Shown in pieces: positions 38,224-50,775 of a stretch of 52,597 nt of DNA. Source of the DNA: Girardia tigrina. Lineage: Eukaryota. Both the position numbers and the translations under genes were made by a program. The first letter of the stretch is position 1; every line of letters begins with the position of its first letter. Location of the stretch: contig MQRK01246642.1 in NCBI GenBank assembly GCA_001938485.1, forward strand, positions 11,678 through 64,274, given 5' to 3'. A model generated the notes under the pieces. The model was not told the origin of the DNA and did not search any database. It saw only the letters and a list, made by a program, of their open reading frames with translations.

Positions 38224-38745
38224 TGAGCACGAGCAGAGAAATCCAGACGGAAATTGGTGATGAATTGGACAGTGAAAGTGAATGTATTGATGATCTATGT
38301 TGATTTAAGTATGTTGAACTTAGAATGGTGATTCTCCCATCCTGATGGAAATTGGTATTTTTTCTATTTACAGTGACTGACTATTCGAACATAATTAAAA
38401 TAATAATTTGATATATTTATATTTTTTAAATTAACAATTAAAATTAAGTTTAATATTTAAAAAAAGAAAAGCCTTTAATTAAATATAAATAAATTCATTT
38501 TTAACAATTTGATAACATTTTTATTATTTCGAGTTTTTGTAAAGAAATGGTTAAAAATTATTAATTAAAATATATATTTTCAGAAATTAAATATTTTAAA
38601 AAGATTTAGAAAAATTGTTCAAATAGTCTTGATTAAAGATTGAAATAAAAAATCACGGCGAAGGATCTTCCAAGCGTTGTGATGACTCTAAATGTGATAA
38701 TAATAAATATTCAAATGATGATTGCCTCAATGTTCCTAACAACGG

Positions 38746-40951
38746 TACCACGTAAAAACTTCGAATATAAAACGTCGAAACGTTCAAATATCGAAAAAAA
38801 GTTTTAATAAAACATTCATTGAAATGATGTATTAATAAATAATGCTTAAGTGAATGAATGAATAAATAAATTAATGAAATTTCTAAATATACTTAAATTA
38901 TTATTTTGATCACTGAAAATTAAAATTATTTTCGAAATTTAATGTCCGAACAATTAATAAACAAAATACTTAGGCTGTCCCAAAAGTCCTCAGGTGGCCT
39001 TTAAAAACACACTAATATTTTACAAAATTTAACCAAATTTGGACTGAATATTATTCAGACTGTCATAAATACTGTGTTAAAATTTCAAAGCATAAAATTT
39101 TAAAAAGTAAAATTTTGTTTTATTAAAATATTCAAATTTTAAAAGTGCAGCGAATTCAAATCAAGCGGTTTTTAACAATGGAACCAAATAAATGTTGCCA
39201 ACGTTTTTTGGTTCTAACTCAAAGTAAAAGAGGATTCTCTGCTTCAGAAATTCTTCAGCAACTTCAGCAGGCATGGGAAGACGCAAATCACCCAGTAGTG
39301 AAAACTATTCAACAATGGTTGACTGATTTTAAGAAAGAAAAGTGGACGTCCTTCGACGATTCATCAAGAAGTGGCAGGCCGTCATTAATAGACAATGAAA
39401 AGATTAAAGCAGTCAAAGAAGTGATTGATGAAGCTCCAAATGTGTCTTTGTGTTATATTGAAAATGAACTTTCTTTAGGCAAAAATACAGTCCACAAAAT
39501 TTTGCGTGAAAAACTTCATTACAAAAAAGTTTGCTCTGTTTGGGTCCCTTACGAACTTTCTGCTGCTAATACACAACAATGCATTAACACTGCAAAGCAT
39601 ATACGCCATGTAATTTCACAGATGGGTGATGAAGCATATTCCAACATAGCGATCGAGGAGGAGACATGGGTCTTTTTCCAAGGTAGAGGAAAGAAAGAAG
39701 ATTACAAAGTTGGGATTCCTTCTAATGCTGTTCCACAAAAGTGATAAAGCCATCGCCAATGACTGATAAAAAATCTCTTGTTTTCATAACATCTACCTGC
39801 AACAAACGTTTTATGTAAAAGCACTGCCATGTGGTACCAAGATTGATTCCGAGGCGTATGTGAACTTTGTTCATAACACCGGTGAAAAATGGAGGAAACT
39901 TAGATCTAACAGAATCAAGCTAAAGGAACTTAAGTGGTGGCGTGATAATGCAAGACCTCATTCTAGCAAAGAAACAACTCTTTTTTTGAAAGAAGAAAAT
40001 TTAAAAAAAATTATCAATCGCCCTATAGTGCAGATTTTAATCTGTGTGACAGATTCTTGTTTTCAAAAATGAAGAAAAGTTTTAAAAATCATGTTTTCAA
40101 ATCACATGAAGAAATTGAAGAAGCTTGTAAATTCTTTTTTAATTCTTTATCAACAGAAACATTAAAAAATCAACTAGATAAACTTTTTAACTATTGTCAG
40201 TTGATTATTGACAACAATGGTGAATATGTTGCTGCTTAAGAAATTTTTAAAATATTTTTTTAAATAAATTTTTAAATTCGCTGCATCTAATTTTTGTTGT
40301 TGGTTAATAATATTATTTTTTTGGTAAGTTTCAAATTTTATGCTTTGAAATTTTAACACAGTATTTATGACAGTCTGAATAATATTCAGTCGAAATTTGG
40401 TTAAATTTGGTAAAATATTAGTGTGTTTTTAAAGGCCATCTGAGGACTTTTTGGATAGCCTAAGTATTAGAAATGTTTTCAATTTTAAAATCAGGTGAGT
40501 CTTTCCGAAATTGCATTTCAGAAATTTACTCATATTTTCACGAATATTATATGGGAACGGAACTTGATGAAATTTAAGGTAGGGTCAGTTTTTCATTACA
40601 TTTATGGCATGCAAGATGACATTGAAGGATGAAAATTCATTCAGAAAAATATTTGGTAATTTGAATCGAACACTTAAAAATTTTATGTAAAAAGTAAAAT
40701 TTGAAGGAAGATCGTGTATTCATAAATTCCTTATGTTGACGAGTGGTGAAAGCATTAGGAGAAAAAAAGAAATATGTGGTTTTTTACGAAAAATTAGTAG
40801 CTTTTTAATAGACCGAGCCAATGGAAATTTTATTTATTATTAATAAATATTTTTCGACGTTTTTTTTCGTTTTTTTATGACATCATAATTTTTCGACGTT
40901 TTTTTCGATGTTATTTTTTGTCGTTTTTTTCGGTGTTTTAGCGTGCCACGA
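38746..40951 (+). mobile_element. Degenerate MULE (Mutator-like) element hosting a mariner
   Basis: Imperfect TIRs (..CACGTAAAAACTTCGAA vs revcomp ..CACGCTAAAACACCGAA) with AAAACGTCGAAA repeats; TAACAACGG(T) duplicated at 38737 and 40952; relic FHEYYMG...FSLHLW...IEG*...FRKIFGNLNRTLKNFM*KVKFE at ~40535-40710. Confidence 0.65.
38969..40464 (+). mobile_element. Mariner-type (DD34D-like) element with 132-bp TIRs; transposase pseudogene 39178-40239
   Basis: TIRs at 38969-39100 and 40333-40464 (5 mismatches), TA flanks; RSGRP, WVPYEL, EETWV, DNARPH, PYSADFNLCD, NNGEYV; frameshifts. Confidence 0.93.
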
Positions 40952-41021
40952 TAACAACGGTTAAGGTCGACAGTTACAAGAAAATCAACGAATAAATATT
41001 TATATTAAATATGTATTTTAT

Positions 41022-41396
41022 ATAATTCTAATGATACTGAGTTGGTTATGCGATCATAGTAACATTTCTCTTGAGATCTGTCTTTATTATTAGGTTATCT
41101 CGTCTATGAACGACTCTTCTTCACTATGGATACAATTTTTTTATTTTCAAAGATAATTTTTTGACTAATTACTTTACCCCAAAAAACAACCCTAAACAAA
41201 TGTAAATTTTTTCAGTATAATTTTTATGAATATTCTTTCCTTCTCTTTTACAAAATCACAACATTTAGTAAATCAATGTCGTTGATGTTAATCAAATACA
41301 AGATAAAAAATAATATTAATAATAATTTCATCTTTTTTTTACTAAAGAAGAAGGGAAATTTTATGTTGTAAAAATATCGTTATTTTATAATTAATA
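41022..41396 (+). repeat. ~370-bp direct repeat, copy 2
   Basis: Matches 36972-37342; bracketed by a ~55-bp duplication (40958-41010 and 41411-41464). Confidence 0.9.
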
Positions 41397-42184
41397 AGGA
41401 TGAAGAATCACGGTTATGGCCGACAGCTACAAGAAAAACAACGAATAAATATTTGTGTTAAATATTTTGTCTTGTTTAATTTTACTGGTAAGAAAATGTT
41501 TAATAAAACAAACGAAAAAAAGAGAAAATTTTATGTAAATTACACCAAACAAAAAAAAATAAATGTTAATTCGACATAATATTTTGAGAATCAAGATCGA
41601 AAAGATTACTGATTAATTAGAAAACGAATTTAATTTTTAATTCTAATTTTTTAAATTAGAATTATTTGTTTTAATCCTCGGTATTAAAAATCAGAAATAT
41701 GTATAAATTTAAATCAAATTGTTACGTCTGAATTGTTTCAATGAAACTCTGAAATTTGTTTAGTTAAGCGTTAAAGTCATTAAAAAACAGTTTTCATTTG
41801 TTTTTTTATCCTCAACGAAATGATTTAAATTAATATTTTCATTATAGATAAAGTTTTAAGAATAAATATAATAAAATGAAATCTTATTTATTTTATAGCC
41901 GAACGATTTTCAAAGGTCACTTCGTGGAGTCTTTTAATACATAAATATCAGTTTTTACGTTCATTTGAAGATAAAACGGAAAATTGGATGTTATTACTGA
42001 ATTTTAAAATATCATTTTTTTAAAGCTTGAAAATATATTTTTGTTATAACTGTAATTGAATAACCAAAGATCAAATATTAAGAGTAGGCAACAAAATAAT
42101 ATGACCACCCAAAAAATAGGGTTTTCTTTGAATATTGTCGACGGAGATTATTAACAACATAAATATTATTTTTCGAACATTTAT

Positions 42185-45020
42185 AACTGTAGTGGGCCTC
42201 CCATCTCTTTCGAATGGTCTCTTTAGAGGGTCCACCCAAACTAAAGAGTGCTAGCTGCCCCCGATAGGCCTCCTACGGGGACGGAGTGCTTCAATCTCCG
42301 AAATTTCTTTGCAAACGACAAATCATGAATTGTAGTACCATGATTGAGCATCCCTTTGGCTGTATTGGTGGACTTGGTACAGCCGCGAAAGGGACATTTG
42401 AACTTTCCCCTCGCATTTGGATCTGCGATCCTAAAAGACAAATGTGTATCTTCGGGATAAGTCGTTTNNNNNNNNNNNNNNNNNNNNNNNNNNNNNNNNN
42501 NNNNNNNNNNNNNNNNNNNNNNNNNNNNNNNNNNNNNNNNNNNNNNNNNNTCTGGATTGTCGCTTCTTCTGTTGGATTGCACTGATGATTCTGTCGGATG
42601 TTCATTGATATTCTCCCTCGCTTCTATTCGATGATCTTTACGCAGATGCCTAGTGAACCATCCTTTCGTTTTGCAACCTTTTCTGCATTTGGTACATTTA
42701 AACGGTTTTTCATCTTCTGGGAGCTGAAGCTGGATGCTTACTATGGATTCCGTGTGATCCCGCTTGAGATGTCTATTTAGCTCCTTTTTTCGGCAAACGC
42801 CTTAAAGCAATCTTCTATCGTGCATTGAAGAAGTTTATCTCTCTCATTGAGTAATTTCGACAGATCGGCTCTTGTTCTGTTCTGCTTCCCTTCACTTATT
42901 TAGGAGTTGATGTATTGCCCTCTTTCTATTGTGGGGTCTCTGTGGACAATGTGGTGTATGAAGTCTTCATACTTTGCACTATCCCCAAATAGCCACTGTA
43001 TATCCACTCTGAGGCATTCGGAGAGAGCTTGCTTCTTTCTCCCACTGATCTTCTTTCCCATTGACATTGTTGCTCTCCACACACACCTCATAATGTTTGG
43101 TGTATCAGAGGTGTCCAACCTGCTATGATAGGCAAGTCTTCTGCTTGTAATGATATCCATGGGGAGCGGGAGTCCAATGTCGATAGTGTCAATCTGTATC
43201 CTCTCAGTCTTCTGCATTTTCATGATTGTGCGAGTACACAAATTATGAAAGGCAGCCAGCATCTTGATTGTTTTGTTACCTGTTCGCCAAGTCTCACAAC
43301 TATAGTATACTACGGGAAGTATGCAAGAGCTGACAATCTTGTTCTTGTTCCGTAAAGAGAATTTGGAGTTCCTCAGAACCGGTTTGAGGTCCCTGATCTT
43401 CCTGGTACCCTTTTGAATTCTTTCTCTTATCTCATCTTCAGCGGTGTCATTTAAGGAGATTGTGGAACCCAAATAGACGAATTTGGATACCCACTCAATA
43501 CCAGTCTCAATCTGGTGTCCGGCGGTGAGAACTTTGGTATCTCCGTTTAGGTTCATAACTTTGGTCTTATTGATATTGATCTTTAGTCCTAAATCTACAA
43601 ATGAGTCATTCAGTAGATTTAGGTTTCTGATAAGATTGTTCCAGTCGGTGTCTATCAGACAGAGATCGTCCGCGTAAGCCAGTCTGTTGATCTCGAGGTA
43701 GCTTCAATCTTCAGTAGTCATCTTTGCTCCTCCTGAGAGACCATTCAATATCGCTCGTTTCAGGACTGTATCGAAGACGATATTGAATAGGAGCGGACCT
43801 AAAACACAACCTGGTCTAACTCCTTTGTTCATATTGAAGGTTTTATCCCCTATTGAACCTTTAAATCCCTCATGAAAGGCTTTGATAACTTCAAGCATTC
43901 TACCCCTTATCCCAAGTTTCTTTAAACAGCTACAGAGAGACTCCCGGGGGACGCTGTCGAATGCTTTCTACAGATCTATAAAGATTACAAAAATGTGGAT
44001 ATTTTTGTATCTTGCTTCATCCTGTAGCTTTCTCAAGATGCTGATAGCTTGTTGCGTTCCTCTGCCTGTCCGGAATCCAAATTGCCATTCATCCAGTGAG
44101 GCTTCAATTATTGGAGTAATACGATTAGCAATAAATCTCGCAAAGACTTTACCGCCTACGTCTAGTAGGAAAATACCTCTATAGTTATTCGGGTCTTTAC
44201 GAGATCCTTTCCCTTTGAAGAGAATGACCACTCTGGCCTCTCTCCAACTTGGTGGGAACTCTTTCCACACCGTCCCATATATTCCTGAAGCATATTTCCA
44301 GTAGGGAGATAATATTCGTACCTCCCCATTTATATACTTCAGGAATAAGTCCATCTGAACCTGCTGCTGTATTGCCTCACTGCCACCTCCAGTTCTTCAA
44401 AGGTGTCAAAGTTTCTTCAAAGTTAGATCGAGAGTGTCCAGGTTGGGTGTCTCCCCTTCGATATCAATTCTTTCGTCTAAATGAGAATTAGCTCGAAAGA
44501 GGTTGTTGAAATGTGCAGATAGTTCTTCGTTTCCTATCGGAGTTGAGAGAGCGCACAGTGTGTTCTTTTTCGATTGCGTGTTACAAAGAACACGTAACTC
44601 TGTTATGAGTTCTTTCAGTTTCCCTTCTCCGTCGTTTGCAAGGATCTTTTCAATTTGCTTTCCAAGAGCTTCTGCTCTTTCCCGTTTCCATTGTCGAATC
44701 TTTCTCGGAATGAGAAGTCTGCTTGACTTCCACCTCGAGTACGTTGTGTCGTTTCTGTCTTTTACGAATTCTGAACGTCTTGCTTATTTTTCTCTGATCA
44801 TCATCTTAAGTTCGTCTATGTGCCCATCCAACCACTGCTGATTGATTGGTGCCCTTTTCCTTTTTCTACTCAGCCTTTGTATCTCGCTTCTGATTGCATG
44901 ATTACAGTAACTAAGATATTTCTGAGAAATTCATTAGATCAGTCGCGGACAAAGAGAAAGTCCAGAAAAATAGTGGAGACACGGTTTCCTGTCCAAATGG
45001 TATTCAAAGAATTATGGTGA
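42185..45020 (-). mobile_element. 5'-truncated RTE-like non-LTR retrotransposon (APE end, RT, C2H2 tail)
   Basis: WREARVVILFKGKGSRKDPNNYRGIFLL, QFGFRTGRGT, FIDL, GVRPGCVLGPLLFN, LAYADD (~43665-43682), FVYLGS, YSCETW; frameshifts and stops. Confidence 0.92.
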
Positions 45021-46942
45021 AAAGCATTGAGGATGTAATTCAACGAGGAGAATCTCTGAGTGCTTTAGATGATAAATTGACAAACAATTCTTCTCTTTCA
45101 AAAACATGGAAACACGGCTTCCTGTCCAATTCCAAAAATATATCTAATACATAAATTTTCCTCTTAGATGATGTTCTTTTTATCCTTCTCTTCTTAAATA
45201 AACAAATAAATATCAGAACAAAAGTTGTTAATGTGCAAATAAAATAGCATTTACGATTTAAAATGTAGCTCAAAATATGGGCACATTTCGTCAAGCAATA
45301 CCTTGCTGTATTAAAAAATTTTCAACCTATTATTTGTATAGAAGTATCAATTTAGATCTTGACCGATATGTTATCTTTACAGTGACAATTTGACAGTCTA
45401 TTTTTTTTATTTACCCCGGGAATTAATATCTTATTACATGTTACACATTTCCTGTTTGATAGTGATACACCTCCCGTGCACTGCCAACTGCCAATTATGG
45501 GCACCTGGTGCTAAGACTGAACGAATACTTTCCGAAATTTGTTTTTTAAACTGTGATTAATTATTATTATTTTAATTTTCAAGAAATGATTTTTGCTCCG
45601 TTACATTTTTAATAAATTAATTTTGCTTTTTCAAATGCATTTTTCACTGTTTTTGTTATTCATATTTACTTTAATTGTTTCGATTTCTATGTTTCATTCA
45701 TTTTTGTTATTTTAATAAAAATAGAAGAATATGATTACTCACAGCAGTGAGTGGCGCGCAACGCATTTCCTATTTTATAAATCAGTGTTTTTATTGCAAA
45801 TAGAATATTATTTTGCGATTAATATGTTATACCTATTAAATAATGGTCAGTGTTATGAAAGCATCAGCAATTTACAGTGTACATTTTTAGAAAATAAATC
45901 ATATTTGATTTGATTATTTAACAATTTAAAGAGCATTCGAAAAATAACATAAGCTTTCAATAATTTTTTTCGGAATTGGATCTTGTATAAGATAAGTATT
46001 GGATGACCTTGGGATGAATTTGAGTGAACTTTGACCTACATCAGTAACTTATATTCATCATTATATGTAATTTTTCGAGAGTAAAACTGTAAAAATTATA
46101 CATTTGACATTGAGAGGCCTTTGGTAACTATATCAGTCCATATCATGATTAACGAGAACTATTCAAAAATATACTTTATGGGATCTTGCAAGAGTCTGAT
46201 AACATCTAAAGAGGTGTAATAAATGTAAACATATAACATATAATGACCAACCAAATACAGTAGCGCCTTTTTATATGGCAAAATGTACTAAGAACTGTAT
46301 TTTATACAGGTAGCAAACAGTTTCAGTTCCTAAGAATTGAATGTGTAACGACCCTCAATATGATTCCAAATGTAAAATATGATGAATTAGAAATGTCTAA
46401 TCAATTTTCCAAACTTCAAAATTGAACTTCAAAAAAAACAAATTAATTTAAATGTAAATTACCTCTTAAAAGACTGTTGAACTAGCAATTTGATGCAAAA
46501 AGAAGCAATAAACAAAATAATCTTACTAAAATTTATTGACAAAACTTAAAATAGAATGAGAATATCTAGATTATTCGGGTTTATGGAAACTAAAGTAATA
46601 GTGTTTAGTAGACTCCGTGGATCAAGTTCAATTTAGAATAAAAAGGGTAGTATGTGATGTTACGAAGGGGACGAAGAATTTTTAAGGGATAAAATATTAT
46701 ACATTCCAAAAATTACTTTGATATTATGTTTCCATTAAGCTAGATGGGTGCTAGATTGAAAGAATTAGAAACGACAAAGGAAACGGAAGATTTCTTGGAG
46801 ACTTTTATCATTATTCGCCAAACCTTTGAGATTAGCATTTGTTATTTGTTATAGATTTATTATTATTATTTATTATTATTTATTACGTATTATTTATTAT
46901 AGATGTATTACATGAGTGTCTTTTATTTTTTCTTGAATATTC

Positions 46943-47225
46943 TCATTCATCTCTTATTTCTACAAATATTGAATCTGTATCACCATAGTGGATTTTTACA
47001 CGACCAGATTCGAATCTATATTCTTTATCGAGAACATCATATATAAATTTATAAATTATTAACTTTGTAATTTGTAGAATTGTGAATCCTATGTAATTGA
47101 ATTTATTAAAATAAATTGATTTTTTATGTATTTCAACTGCACATAATTTTGATTTAAAAGGAGTAAATGTTTTGTAATTCATTCTCCCTGCTAATCTTTT
47201 ATATCTTTCAATATTATTATAATTG
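46943..47225 (-). mobile_element. Polinton/Maverick-type protein-primed DNA polymerase B fragment
   Basis: KKSIYFNKFNYIGFTILQITKLIIYKFIY...HYGDTDSIF (PolB motif C, YxDTDS). Confidence 0.8.
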
Positions 47226-47236
47226 TCATGTCTGTA

Positions 47237-48888
47237 ACAAGATTTTTCGTGGACATTTGCAGTTGCAGACGTCAAAAGACCAATTCTGGGATCAGATTTT
47301 CTCTCCAAACACAACCTACTCATCGATTGCACGAACAAAAGGCTCTTCAAACAAATCAAACAAATCCATCAAGTATTTTCATTGCCTGAATTTATTATAG
47401 AAACAAAAGGCCTTCCAGTTGAACACAAAGCCCGGAGACTCGAAAGAACCACTCTAAACGATGTCTGCAAACAATTACAAGATCTGTTACGAGATGGAAT
47501 CGTACGAGAGAGCCACAGTGACTGGTCCTCTCCTTTGATAATAATAAAAAAGACTGCAGACTCCGTCCTTGAGGAGACTACAGAGATCCCAATCAACTCT
47601 ACCAAGAATAACAGACATCTTAGACCAAATCGCATGTTACAAAATCTTCTCCCAAATAGATATTGAGAAGGTGTACCATCGAATTCCGATAAAAGAAAAA
47701 GACAAACACAAGACCGCATTGTAACCCCCTTTGGCCTATATGAGTACATCTTCATGCCATTCGGTATAAGAAACTCCACTCAAATGTTTCAAATTGATGC
47801 AATCCTCAGGGTCTGTGAATCATATGCATTAGCATATTTAGATGATATCATAATATTTTTTAGAAACGCAGATACGCATTATAAACATGTAACCGAAATA
47901 ATCAAACGACTCTAAACTGCAAAAATGAAAATCAATGCCAATAAATGTCAGTGGAACAAATAGAACATAGATTTCTTAGAATTCAACATTGATAACTATG
48001 TTATTCGACCAATATCCAAAAAAAAGTCATCTATTGAGACGATGCCTTCTCCTATCTCAATCAAATTCTTAAGAAGAATCGTTGGTGCTAAAACTTTCTA
48101 TCACTGGCTAATTCCAAACCTGTCAGAAACGCTCCATGAGCTGATAGCACAGAGCAACAAAAGAAATATGAAGTTCCAGTTGAAAGAAAAGCACGATCAG
48201 GCATTCCAAGAGGCAAAATTCAAAGTAAAAAAGCTAACATCTATATCATTACCCAACTTTGAAACCCCATTTATACTTATGAACCAACAACGGAAGGTAA
48301 ATAGCTCCTGTTTCGTTTTTTCTAGAAAGCTAACGTCAATTGAAAGAAGATGTTTTACTTGTGATAGAGCTTTTGGCAATCATCCTTGCGCTGAAAACTA
48401 CCTCGAATCAACAAAATTCCAGAACAGAAAAGATTGCAAACCTGTCTTACACATCAACTCGATGAAAAACCCATCAAACCGTCAGTAAAGATGGATTCAA
48501 TATTTATCTCAATTCGAAATGGAGATAAACTACATAAAAGGATCCGAAAATATAGTTTCCGATTTCCTATCAAGACAATACGACGACGACGACCCAGAGG
48601 AACTGTCACTCATCTCACTGAAGGAACTGATAGCCGATCAAGAAACTAACTCAACCCTACAGAATATCAGTAATTCATCGCTCTAAAGAAGCAAAACTAG
48701 AGAAGGCTTACTCGTAGACTGATCAAAAACACCCCTCAGATAGTTCTCCCAGAAACTCACAGATTCACCGAATTTGAGAGGTTACACAATCTATGTCACC
48801 CAGGTTCCAACTCAACCATCAAACTTATATCGAACCGATTCGTCTGGCCAAAAATGAGAAAAGAAGTCAGAGACTGGGTCCGGAACTG
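47237..48888 (+). mobile_element. Gypsy/Ty3 pol remnant (protease end, RT, RNase H, integrase Zn domain)
   Basis: VADVKRPILGSDFL, GIVRESHSDWSSPL, KTALxTPFGLYEYIFMPFGIRN, AYLDDIII, FSRKL, HNLCHPG...RFVWPKMRKEVRDWVRN; PR-RT-RH-IN order. Confidence 0.92.
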
Positions 48889-49656
48889 ATTAAAATTAAA
48901 AAATTAAATAAAATTATTAACTTTAATTCAAACTAAACCCTAATTTATTTTAAATTATTTTGTGAAATTATTTAACTTAATTTTAATTTTTTTCAAAATA
49001 ATTTTGTTCTACATTATAAATTTTGCGCCGTTGATTATTTATTTTTAAATTCTTATTTTAAAAAACTTTCAGTAATTAATTTCCTTTTAAAAACAATCGA
49101 TTTGCTTAATCCAAATTTTTAAATTTTAAACACTTTTAGTTTTCGCTATTTAATTAAATACGGTTGGTTGAGATTGTCACTTGATCATTTATTTTAGGAT
49201 TGTGGGTCCGGATTAATAAAGCCTCAGAGGCTTTATACTTTTAGTTTTACTTAATTATTTATATTTTTTAAAATTTTTGATTATTCTGGATTTCCAGCTG
49301 AGAAGACTTTCTACGTTTGAGGGGGCCGGAGAGGAGCTGACTCGAGAGACCAGTCGGACCACAACTTCACAAGACGTCCTTCAAATCCTTTGTTCAAAAT
49401 TTATTTAAATTTTGATTAAAATAAAATAATATTTGATTAATTAGGCATTCCCAAATTTACATACTTAATTTTTTTTACTTTCTGTACTAACCATAATATT
49501 TTGAAAATATATTAATTATTTTAATGGATTATCTAAAAATAAATCGTATCTAACTCGAAAATCTAATATTTAATTAATTTGTTTCAATTTCATCCTGAAA
49601 TATTGAGAATCAGAATTTCTAAATTATTTATATTAGTATTATTATTTTTTATACAA

Positions 49657-49659
<3 letters not shown>

Positions 49660-49698
<39 letters not shown>
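49660..49698. repeat. (AT)n microsatellite
   Basis: Direct reading. Confidence 0.95.
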
Positions 49699-49704
<6 letters not shown>

Positions 49705-50775
49705 AGTCTTGTGAACGCAAGTTTAGTATTTCGAAAATATAATTTGATTAAAGCTTTTTACCACGTTTTACTTAACTTTCTTTGGGTTATGTCTGTATTT
49801 CTGTTTGTTTGTGATGTTTCACTTTTCACACGCTTTTTTAGACCACTTCCACTAATCCGATCGTTCTGAAATTTTTTATGTAGGCTTCTTCTGCCTGACA
49901 TTTTGAAATTTTAGCATCTCAAAAATGCTCTAATAAATTCAAATTAATTAATTTTAATTTTATATGGACTAAATTAAAATATAAAATTTATAAATTATAA
50001 AATTAAATCTTGGTATACTACTTATANNNNNNNNNNNNNNNNNNNNNNNNNNNNNNNNNNNNNNNNNNNNNNNNNNNNNNNNNNNNNNNNNNNNNNNNNN
50101 NNNNNNNNNNNNNNNNNNNNNNNNNNNNNNNNNNNNNNNNNNNNNNNNNNNNNNNNNNNNNNNNNNNNNNNNNNNNNNNNNNNNNNNNNNNNNNNNNNNN
50201 NNNNNNNNNNNNNNNNNNNNNNNNNNNNNNNNNNNNNNNNNNNNNNNNNNNNNNNNNNNNNNNNNNNNNNNNNNNNNNNNNNNNNNNNNNNNNNNNNNNN
50301 NNNNNNNNNNNNNNNNNNNNNNNNNNNNNNNNNNNNNNNNNNNNNNNNNNNNNNNNNNNNNNNNNNNNNNNNNNNNNNNNNNNNNNNNNNNNNNNNNNNN
50401 NNNNNNNNNNNNNNNNNNNNNNNNNNNNNNNNNNNNNNNNNNNNNNNNNNNNNNNNNNNNNNNNNNNNNNNNNNNNNNNNNNNNNNNNNNNNNNNNNNNN
50501 NNNNNNNNNNNNNNNNNNNNNNNNNNNNNNNNNNNNNNNNNNNNNNNNNNNNNNNNNNNNNNNNNNNNNNNNNNNNNNNNNNNNNNNNNNNNNNNNNNNN
50601 NNNNNNNNNNNNNNNNNNNNNNNNNNNNNNNNNNNNNNNNNNNNNNNNNNNNNNNNNNNNNNNNNNNNNNNNNNNNNNNNNNNNNNNNNNNNNNNNNNNN
50701 NNNNNNNNNNNNNNNNNNNNNNNNNNNNNNNNNNNNNNNNNNNNNNNNNNNNNNNNNNNNNNNNNNNNNNNNNNN

